Below are positions 1-7,385 of a DNA stretch of 64,000 nt, piece by piece (position 1 is the stretch's first letter; each line of letters begins with the position of its first letter). A program made the translations under genes and the position numbers. The notes under the pieces are model-generated. The model ran no database searches and was not told the DNA's origin. It was given only the letters and a program-made list of their open reading frames with translations. The stretch is from an uncultured Candidatus Saccharibacteria bacterium. Lineage in GTDB: Bacteria > Patescibacteriota > Minisyncoccia > Phycocordibacterales > Zambryskibacteraceae. The stretch spans positions 92,522 through 156,521 of the forward strand of contig CAYHDI010000002.1 of NCBI GenBank assembly GCA_964355645.1, given 5' to 3'.

Positions 1-4
1 TAAA

Positions 5-244
5 ATGTATCATATTTATATTCTTAAATTGTCAAACGGCTCGTATTATGTCGGCAGTACGGGGAATCTAGAAAATAGAATGAAGGCTCATTCATCTGGA
101 AAAGTTTATTCAACAAAAAATAAATTACCTTTTATACTTTTATATACTGAAAAATTCTCTAATCGCTCATCCGCAGTACAGCGGGAATATCAAATAAAGA
201 GTTGGAAAAAGAGAGTAGCTATTGAAAGATTGTTAAATAAGTAA
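5..244 (+). CDS. GIY-YIG nuclease family protein (UPF0213/YhbQ-like)
   Basis: YHIYIL...YYVGST..L.NR...H and AVQREYQIKSWK motifs. Confidence 0.9.
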   Translation: MYHIYILKLSNGSYYVGSTGNLENRMKAHSSGKVYSTKNKLPFILLYTEKFSNRSSAVQREYQIKSWKKRVAIERLLNK

Positions 245-258
245 TAACATCACGTAAG

Positions 259-349
259 GTCCCGACCTTGACTTCAGTCAGGTCGAGGACCCACGATTTT
301 GTATTCCGATCTTGAGATCGTGAATCCTCGATTGCAAAGCAATCGGGAC
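259..349. repeat. cluster of three short bulged palindromes (GTCCCGAY..RTCGAGGA family)
   Basis: GTCCCGACC..GGTCGAGGAC 259-290; TTCCGATCT..AGATCGTGAA 304-324; TCCTCGATTGC..GCAATCGGGAC 325-349. Confidence 0.75.
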
Positions 350-357
350 AAAATCAA

Positions 358-429
358 GGCCCTATCGTCTATCGGTCAGGACACATCCTTCTCAAGGATG
401 GAAGCAGAGTTCGACTCTCTGTAGGGTCA
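358..429 (+). tRNA. tRNA-Glu(CTC)
   Basis: Acceptor GGCCCTA/TAGGGTC, anticodon arm CATCC-TTCTCAA-GGATG, GTTCGAC T-loop; CCA not encoded. Confidence 0.93.
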
Positions 430-461
430 TAAATATTTTTTGTTTAAAAGTTTTTAAAAAG

Positions 462-494
462 AAAAACCCGTTCCGAATGGAATTCGGAACGGGT
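462..494 (-). terminator. intrinsic terminator of the ClpP-like gene
   Basis: 13-bp stem ACCCGTTCCGAAT/ATTCGGAACGGGT with T tract on the minus strand. Confidence 0.75.
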
Positions 495-505
495 GGACAG
501 AATCA

Positions 506-1084
506 CTAAATTACAGCATCGAGCAGTCCAAGCCTCTTGGCTTCGGGAGCGAGGATGAACCTTTCGTCCAGAAGGAACCCACGCACCTTGCTCGGGCGCA
601 ATCCGCTCCTGCTGGAGATTTCCTCGACGTAGCGTCTTCTAGCAAAATTCAGATTCTTGATATGCGCTCTGAAAGACGCAGTCAATACCTTGAGATTTGT
701 ATCTGGGGTAATCAAAGGCCTTGGTTCATACGTCGGATTGTGAAAGTGGAATCGGGCATTCTTTGCCCCGATTCTCACAGTCATACCTTGCATGATGAAT
801 GCTGCTGACGAATAAGCTTTCCCGAGTAGAACACCGATTGAAGGTGCTCTAATCAAACGAAGAGTATCGAAAATGCGCATGGCACCCTCGTGATTTCCTC
901 CGTTTGAATTTATTCGTACCCAGATTGGTTCTTCCGAACACTGGTCATCAAGTTCGTGAAGCTTGAGCACGATTGCATCGCACTCTGCTTGAAGCAAATC
1001 ATCTCCAAACCACACTGTTCGCGCGGGCCTCGACTTATGAATCAAGGCACGTGCGCCACCAGCTCTACGAATGAGGGGATGCAT
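506..1084 (-). CDS. divergent ClpP-family protease
   Basis: INSNGG, AYSSA (catalytic Ser), HFHNP (His), APEAKRLGLLDAVI; start moved to ATG 1084 after GGAGG. Confidence 0.8.
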   Translation of the reverse strand: MHPLIRRAGGARALIHKSRPARTVWFGDDLLQAECDAIVLKLHELDDQCSEEPIWVRINSNGGNHEGAMRIFDTLRLIRAPSIGVLLGKAYSSAAFIMQGMTVRIGAKNARFHFHNPTYEPRPLITPDTNLKVLTASFRAHIKNLNFARRRYVEEISSRSGLRPSKVRGFLLDERFILAPEAKRLGLLDAVI

Positions 1085-1140
1085 GCATGCCTCCGTTTTT
1101 GCGTTGGGGGGACTTGACTTCGGGTGAACAATCTGTATAT

Positions 1141-1169
1141 AATATATCATAGCTTACTAATGTAGTCAA
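1141..1169 (-). promoter_or_regulatory. sigma70-type promoter of the ClpP-like gene
   Basis: TTGACT-17 nt-TATATT on the minus strand. Confidence 0.6.
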
Positions 1170-1177
1170 ATATAATA

Positions 1178-1351
1178 ATGCCTGAAAAAGAAGAGCAGTT
1201 TAATCCAAGCGCCGATAGACCATTAGGCGTAGAGGATGACAAAAGAGGGGATGATGAAGAAATTGTATTTTGGAGTAGTCCGTCAGGAACGGTAGAAAAA
1301 GGAACCAGAGAAGAAAGAGATATAGCCATGGAGCATTACAAAGAGAGATAA
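1178..1351 (+). CDS. small acidic hypothetical protein (57 aa, MPEKEEQFNP...), not in ORF track
   Basis: ATG 1178 to TAA 1351 is open and fills the intergenic gap; more plausible than the overlapping minus-strand ORFs. Confidence 0.55.
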   Translation: MPEKEEQFNPSADRPLGVEDDKRGDDEEIVFWSSPSGTVEKGTREERDIAMEHYKER

Positions 1352-1426
1352 AAGAAAAATTCATATCTAAAACAAAAACCCTCATCACATACAGTGGCGA
1401 GGGTTTTTGCGTGTTATAATTTTCGT

Positions 1427-4159
1427 ATGCCAAACGAGACTCTTTCCTTTAAAAACTCAGCTGAAGAATTGGAGCATCTGCGTTCCAAAGTTTTAGAGCA
1501 AGAACGGCGTTTAGAAAAATTTGAAATTAAAAAGGATAGGAATGAGGTCATTCGTGATACATTTCGAGATTATAAAGCCAATCAGGTTTTAAATTTAACC
1601 CAGGTAGAAAACAACGAAGCAAGGTTAAACGCTGAGGAAATTTTGAAAAAGGAAGCCGATAGACAACTTCAGGAAATGATGGGTATTACGGAGAAGAAAG
1701 GTATCCTACAGGCACTCATTACAGTAGAAAAGATGAATGGCTGGAAGCTCGAAGACGATTTTCATGATTATTTGGTGAATTTAGTCAGTGAAGGTCTAGC
1801 CCCAAAGGGGGTAGAAGAGAAAGGTCCCCTCTATCGGGCGCTCAAGATGACTTTGTTTGAAGTGGTTTTACCAGACACAGCCAATACTGATGAGAACAAA
1901 AAAAATCTTGTGACGCTTATCTCAAGCATGGAGCAGTTTTATGCTGGTATGCTTTCGGTGTCAGAAGAAAAAACCATGGGGAAAAATTATTTTGTTTTGG
2001 AAATCGCTAATAGTCATGGAAGCGAAGAATTTATTTTTTATGTATCTGTGCCGAATGAGAAGAAGATGCTCTTTGAGAAACATTTGCTCAGCGTTTTCCC
2101 CACAGCTCGATTGGTCGAAAGGAAAAGGGACTACAATATTTTCTCCGAAGGTAGCATCGCCTTGGCCTCTGTGGCTCGACTTTCATCTCCATCAGCCATG
2201 CCTCTGAAAACTTATGAATTGTTTGATTATGATCCACTAAATACTATTTTGAATAGTTTTTCGAAGATTCCGCGTGATGGTTCTGGGGCGGCCATACAGA
2301 TTATCTTTAATCCACAAGGCGATTTATATACCAAGAAATACCAGTTTGCTCTTAAACAAATAGAGAAGGGAGAGAAAACTTCTGAGGCCATTGCCGAACG
2401 TTCGGGTTTGGCTGAAGTCTCTCATGCTTTCGGAGAGTTTTTCACTTCGACCAAAAAGAAAGATGAGACAAAGCCAATCCAAATTGATTCATTGGCCATA
2501 GAGAAAATAAAGACCAAACTTCTTAGCCCCACAGTCTCAACAAATATTCGCGTGGCTGTTTCCGGTCGAACTCCACAGGAGGCCGAACAAATTCTCGCTG
2601 ATATTGAGTCGGGTTTTAATCAATTCGAACAGCCAGGAGTAAACAAGTTTGTTTTCAAAAGAGTTAAGCAGAATGCTGCTCCAAATTTCTTTAGGAATTT
2701 TTCTTTTAGACTCTTCGCCTTCGATCAAGTGATACCTTTGAATCTCAAAGAATTGACCTCAATCTTTCATTTTCATACTGGAGCGCTCTCTGGACGAAGT
2801 GAACTCAAACAAACCAAGGCTGTTGGCTCAGGCGCGCCTCTCGGCCTTCCTTCATCCGGCACTCTTCTTGGTTTGAATCGATTTAGAAACATTGAGACGA
2901 AGGTTTATCTTGCTCCTGAAGATCGTTTGAGACATTTCTACACTATTGGTCAGACAGGAACAGGTAAGTCCACCCTTTTGAAAAACATGATTATTCAAGA
3001 TATTCAAGCCGGCGAAGGTGTGTGTATGATTGATCCACACGGAGTAGACATCACCGATGTGCTCGCGAATATTCCGAAAGAACGATGGGACGATGTGATT
3101 TATTTTGATCCGGCTTCAACGGATAGGCCGATGGCTTTAAACATGCTCGAATATAATTCTAAATATCCAGAGCAGAAAACTTTCGTCGTGAATGAATTGT
3201 TTAATATTTTCCAAAAGCTATACGGCAAGGTGCCCGAATCAATGGGGCCAATGTTTGAACAATATTTTAGAAATGCCGCCATGCTCGTGATTGAAGACCC
3301 CGAATCCGGTTCTACCCTGCTTGATGTCTCACGAGTTCTCTCGAACAAAGAATATCGAACGCTCAAACTTTCAAAATGCCAGAACCCAATCATTGTTCAA
3401 TTTTGGAAGGAGGTAGCCGAGAAAGCTGGTGGGGAAACTTCACTCGCCAACATTGTGCCTTACATCACTTCCAAGTTCGATGTCTTCCTCGCGAACGACA
3501 TTATGCGTCCGATTATTGCCCAAGAGAAATCGTCTTTTGATTTTAGGGAAATAATGGATAAGAAAAAAATCCTTCTTGTTAATCTCTCGAAAGGAAGGCT
3601 GGGAGATATTAATGCGAACCTAATCGGACTTATCCTGGTGGGCAAAATTCTGATGGCTGCACTTTCTAGGACGGATTCAATGGGTATGCCTATGCCCCCG
3701 TTTTATTTGTATATTGATGAATTTCAAAATATCACGACGAATTCTATTGCCACTATTCTTTCGGAAGCCCGCAAATACAAGCTTTCACTCAATATTGCGC
3801 ATCAATACATCGCTCAACTTGAGGAAAATATTAAAAACGCTGTGTTTGGAAACGTCGGTACCTTGGCTACATTTCGAGTGGGTACAGATGATGCAGAGTA
3901 TTTGGAAAAACAATACGCGCCGGTTTTCACTGCGAGTGACATTGTAAATATTGATAACCGTAATGCTTATCTCAAGATGCTTGTGGATGGTAGACCGGTT
4001 AAACCGTTTAATCTTGAAACCCTAGCTCCGCCGGTAGGGGATTCGGCCCAAATAAACATGCTCAAAGAAACATCGTTTGAAAAATATGGAGGCAACAAAA
4101 TGGAAATAGAAGCCAAAATTCTCTTAAAGTATAATCCGTCTGTTCAAGTAGGAAAATAA
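1427..4159 (+). CDS. TraG/VirD4-like (HerA/DUF87) coupling ATPase with CPR-type N-terminal domain
   Basis: GQTGTGKS Walker A, IDPHG, YIDEFQ Walker B, SEARKY; start at ATG just after TATAAT. Confidence 0.85.
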   Translation: MPNETLSFKNSAEELEHLRSKVLEQERRLEKFEIKKDRNEVIRDTFRDYKANQVLNLTQVENNEARLNAEEILKKEADRQLQEMMGITEKKGILQALITVEKMNGWKLEDDFHDYLVNLVSEGLAPKGVEEKGPLYRALKMTLFEVVLPDTANTDENKKNLVTLISSMEQFYAGMLSVSEEKTMGKNYFVLEIANSHGSEEFIFYVSVPNEKKMLFEKHLLSVFPTARLVERKRDYNIFSEGSIALASVARLSSPSAMPLKTYELFDYDPLNTILNSFSKIPRDGSGAAIQIIFNPQGDLYTKKYQFALKQIEKGEKTSEAIAERSGLAEVSHAFGEFFTSTKKKDETKPIQIDSLAIEKIKTKLLSPTVSTNIRVAVSGRTPQEAEQILADIESGFNQFEQPGVNKFVFKRVKQNAAPNFFRNFSFRLFAFDQVIPLNLKELTSIFHFHTGALSGRSELKQTKAVGSGAPLGLPSSGTLLGLNRFRNIETKVYLAPEDRLRHFYTIGQTGTGKSTLLKNMIIQDIQAGEGVCMIDPHGVDITDVLANIPKERWDDVIYFDPASTDRPMALNMLEYNSKYPEQKTFVVNELFNIFQKLYGKVPESMGPMFEQYFRNAAMLVIEDPESGSTLLDVSRVLSNKEYRTLKLSKCQNPIIVQFWKEVAEKAGGETSLANIVPYITSKFDVFLANDIMRPIIAQEKSSFDFREIMDKKKILLVNLSKGRLGDINANLIGLILVGKILMAALSRTDSMGMPMPPFYLYIDEFQNITTNSIATILSEARKYKLSLNIAHQYIAQLEENIKNAVFGNVGTLATFRVGTDDAEYLEKQYAPVFTASDIVNIDNRNAYLKMLVDGRPVKPFNLETLAPPVGDSAQINMLKETSFEKYGGNKMEIEAKILLKYNPSVQVGK

Positions 4160-4169
4160 ACAAATGAAA

Positions 4170-4192
4170 GGGGCGGACTATGTGTCCGCCCC
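4170..4192. terminator. hairpin between convergent genes
   Basis: GGGGCGGAC/GTCCGCCCC 9-bp stem. Confidence 0.6.
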
Positions 4193-4216
4193 ATTGACCG
4201 TGTTGGTGGTCAGCCA

Positions 4217-4546
4217 TCATCCTTCGAGCATCATGTCATGCATCTCGTCGCGCCTTGCTTCGACTCCGGCGCCAGCCGCGAGATCACGTCCCGAGAGCTT
4301 GGGTTCGTCTCGATGAGGACGAAGAACCAAAACACCGATGACCTTTCGGTTCTCAAACGACCTCTTGCTTTCCTCGGACCTCAGTGAGGAGACCTGATCG
4401 ACGATGTCAGCAACTTCATGCTCGTCTGATGTCACCCCTCGGACGATGCGCCGCAGAATCACGAACACATCAGTATTGGGGCTCTCTCCCATCTTGTCCT
4501 TCCAAGTTCTGAGTAGATCCGAGGCCTTCTCTTTGCTGAGTTGCAT
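4217..4546 (-). CDS. hypothetical orphan protein
   Basis: AAGGAGG SD before ATG 4546; TTGACT-17-TAGTCT promoter at 4622-4594. Confidence 0.6.
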   Translation of the reverse strand: MQLSKEKASDLLRTWKDKMGESPNTDVFVILRRIVRGVTSDEHEVADIVDQVSSLRSEESKRSFENRKVIGVLVLRPHRDEPKLSGRDLAAGAGVEARRDEMHDMMLEG

Positions 4547-4678
4547 CCTGCCCTCCTTAGGGTTCGGTCGCACTCACACATTGCCTAACATAAAGACTAG
4601 CACATCTGAATCAAAAAGTCAAGCACGAAATTGCAACTGGGGATAACTCTCCTTCGCTAAAGCTTCGGAAGGGCAGGC

Positions 4679-5137
4679 TTAAAAGAAGGAATCTATGGCC
4701 TTTTTTACCAGCATTCCGTCGGCTCTGCCTTTAAGTTCTTTCATGACAAAACCGAGAAATCGGTTTTTGTCACCCCGCGTAGCCTCTGGCGTAGTGGGGT
4801 CAGCAAACTTATTTTTCACATATTCAATTATTTCTTGTTCACTCATCTGAGCTGGTAAATATTTCTCTAAGATTAATAGTTCGGCTTTTTCTGCGAGAGC
4901 CAAATCTGTTCGGTTTCCTTTCTCAAATTGCTCAATCGAGTCTTTTCTTTGTTTAACTTGTCGGCTTATCACATTCAGTACGTCTTCGTCCAAAAGTTCT
5001 TCATCGGGTTTTCTACGCTTGGCTACTAGTTCGTTGGTGAAAGCCGAGACAAGCCCGCGCACCACTCCGAGTCGCACCGTATCCTTGGCCAGCATGGCCT
5101 CCTTTATTTCTCCTTTGATTTGTTGATGTAATGACAT
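4679..5137 (-). CDS. GatB/YqeY domain protein
   Basis: AMLAKD...KQRKDSIEQF..GNR.DLA..E..EL.IL..YLP, KGRADG. Confidence 0.92.
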   Translation of the reverse strand: MSLHQQIKGEIKEAMLAKDTVRLGVVRGLVSAFTNELVAKRRKPDEELLDEDVLNVISRQVKQRKDSIEQFEKGNRTDLALAEKAELLILEKYLPAQMSEQEIIEYVKNKFADPTTPEATRGDKNRFLGFVMKELKGRADGMLVKKAIDSFF

Positions 5138-5153
5138 GTTATAATCCTATCAT

Positions 5154-6209
5154 ATGTCAGCGACCCTCATCACTCTTTTTGTCCTCATTGCTCTAGTGTT
5201 ATTTTTGATTTGGAAAACGAGTCAAAAGCCAGAAAAGGAAGAGGGGAAGGGGCTCGAATTGATTCTCCAACAGGTCAACGAACTTTCTCGGACGATGGAC
5301 AGCAAGATGAATGAGACGAACAAAATGATGCACGAATCAGTGCGCTCTCAATTTGGTGAATCACAGAAATTGATTAAAGATATCACTCAAGAACTTTCGA
5401 TGGTCAAGGAGACGGGGCGCAGAGTTGAAGGATTCGCCGATCAACTTCAATCTCTTCAGGATATTTTAAAAAATCCGAAGCAAAGGGGGATTCTCGGAGA
5501 ATATTATCTGGAAACACTTTTGAAAAACACCATGCCTCCGGGGAGCTTCGCGATGCAGTATCAGCTCGGTGCTGATGGAGATGGCAACAAACTTATCCCA
5601 GATGCAGTGGTGTTCGTGAAGGAGAAAATAATTCCTATTGATTCTAAATTCTCACTTGAGAATTATAACCGTCTAGTAGAAGAAAAAGATCCTGTTCAGA
5701 AGGACAAATTGGAAAAAATGTTTGTTAGTGATTTGAAAAATAGAATTAGTGAGACCTCTAAATATATTCAGCCGAGTTTGGGTACGATGGACTTTGCCTT
5801 TATGTTTATTCCTCACGAGGCTATTTATTATGATTTGATTGTGAACAAAATCGGCGCTCTCCAAGAAGATACAGAGAGTCTGATTCAACGAGCCGCTTCT
5901 AAATATAAAGTAATTATTGTCTCACCGACTTCATTCCTCGCGTACCTTCAAACCGTCCTTCAGGCTTTGAATGCCATGCAAATAGAAGAGAAAGCCCAAG
6001 ACATTATCAAGCGTGTGGGCGAGCTCGGGAAGCACCTCAAATCCTATGAAGATTATTATTCCAAGCTTGGAAATTCTCTTGGTACAGTGGTGAATCATTA
6101 CAATGCTGGAGGCAAGGAATTAAGCAAGGTAGATAAGGATGTTTTGCGAATTACGGGCAAAGAAGCCGGTCTTGACCCGTTGACTTTGGAGCGTCCTTCT
6201 GTAGAATAG
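5154..6209 (+). CDS. rmuC: DNA recombination protein RmuC
   Basis: RGILGE, PDAVV, IDSKF, DFAFMFIPHE, SPTS motifs; N-terminal TM and coiled coil. Confidence 0.92.
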   Translation: MSATLITLFVLIALVLFLIWKTSQKPEKEEGKGLELILQQVNELSRTMDSKMNETNKMMHESVRSQFGESQKLIKDITQELSMVKETGRRVEGFADQLQSLQDILKNPKQRGILGEYYLETLLKNTMPPGSFAMQYQLGADGDGNKLIPDAVVFVKEKIIPIDSKFSLENYNRLVEEKDPVQKDKLEKMFVSDLKNRISETSKYIQPSLGTMDFAFMFIPHEAIYYDLIVNKIGALQEDTESLIQRAASKYKVIIVSPTSFLAYLQTVLQALNAMQIEEKAQDIIKRVGELGKHLKSYEDYYSKLGNSLGTVVNHYNAGGKELSKVDKDVLRITGKEAGLDPLTLERPSVE

Positions 6210-6216
6210 ACTACCT

Positions 6217-6627
6217 ATGGAAACAAAGCCTAAAACCAAGACAATTAAACCTAAAGTAGCTTCTAAAACCACTCCAAAGGCTCAAAAGGCCCCTAAAACA
6301 GACACAAACTCATTTGTGGTATTTGCTACGGGTGGTAAGCAGTATCGAGCCTCAATAGGGGATTTGGTTAAAATTGAGAAGATTATCGGGGAATATAAGG
6401 AGGGAGACAAGCTCGTATTCGACAAGATTCTTCTTGTTGATGATGGAGCGTCTGAAACTTCTATCGGTACACCATTCATCAAGGGTGCAAACGTGGGTGC
6501 TACTCTAAAAAAGATTGGACGTTATCCAACTATTGATGTCATCAAATACAAACAAAAGTCCCGCTATTTCAAAAAGAACGGCCACCGACAACCATACTTC
6601 GAAATTCAGATTGATTCGATTAAATAA
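6217..6627 (+). CDS. rplU: 50S ribosomal protein L21 with Lys-rich N-terminal extension
   Basis: TGGKQY, IGTPF, GHRQPY. Confidence 0.95.
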   Translation: METKPKTKTIKPKVASKTTPKAQKAPKTDTNSFVVFATGGKQYRASIGDLVKIEKIIGEYKEGDKLVFDKILLVDDGASETSIGTPFIKGANVGATLKKIGRYPTIDVIKYKQKSRYFKKNGHRQPYFEIQIDSIK

Positions 6628-6630
6628 AGG

Positions 6631-6729
6631 AAAATAAAACAAATTTTTCTTTGCACGATAGTTCTCTGCTGAAAACTTCTCCTCTCAAGCCAAGCTTTCC
6701 GAGAGGCACGAAAAAGTTTGTTTTATTTT
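6631..6729. repeat. MITE-like long imperfect inverted repeat between rplU and recR
   Basis: AAAATAAAACAAATTTTTC ... GAAAAAGTTTGTTTTATTTT ends with internal hairpins. Confidence 0.6.
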
Positions 6730-7340
6730 GTTCTATGCAAGAACGCATTCTTTAGGGTTTCAGGGTCGGCGTATTCGAGTTCGATGCCGGTTGAAAGCCC
6801 TCGACCGAGAACGGAAACGGTTATATTGGGGGTGAGTTTTTTGATTTGTTCCTTCAGATAATCCGCCGTGTTTTCTCCTTCGGCATTTGCATTCATTCCC
6901 AGAATAATTTCTTTGATGTTTGACTTTTGACTTTCTACTTTTGACTTTAAGTCTTTCAGCCTAATGCGTTTCTCAGGTTCCTTCTCAAGAATCGGTAGTG
7001 AACCACCGAGCACGAAGTAGTATCCCTTGTACCCCCCACTTTTCTCAATCGCTTCAAGGTCAATGTCTCGAGGAACAATCATGAGCTCAGATTTATCTCG
7101 AGTATCATCCGAGCAGATTGAGCACTTTTTTTGCACTTGTCCTGAGCTTGTCGAAGGAAAAAACCTCATGCACTCATCGCATTGGGTAATTTCTTTTTTC
7201 AAATTTTCTATAGCACCGACTAAATCTTTCGAAAATCCATTTTGTCTATGGAGCAAATAATAAACAAACCGTTTAGCTTGCCGTGGTCCAATTCCGGGGA
7301 AGTGAGAAAATATTTCTGAAAGTTTATCTATTGAGTTCAT
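6723..7340 (-). CDS. recR: recombination protein RecR
   Basis: PGIGPRQAKR, C4 zinc finger, Toprim EGENTA, G.ELEYAD. Confidence 0.96.
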   Translation of the reverse strand: MNSIDKLSEIFSHFPGIGPRQAKRFVYYLLHRQNGFSKDLVGAIENLKKEITQCDECMRFFPSTSSGQVQKKCSICSDDTRDKSELMIVPRDIDLEAIEKSGGYKGYYFVLGGSLPILEKEPEKRIRLKDLKSKVESQKSNIKEIILGMNANAEGENTADYLKEQIKKLTPNITVSVLGRGLSTGIELEYADPETLKNAFLHRTK

Positions 7341-7385
7341 TTTTCCTTATTTAACTTATTAACCTTATCAAACTTATTCAACTAA

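Noticed and set aside
1427-4159. Conjugative element or ICE
   Set aside because: No relaxase, integrase, T4SS cluster or att repeats nearby.
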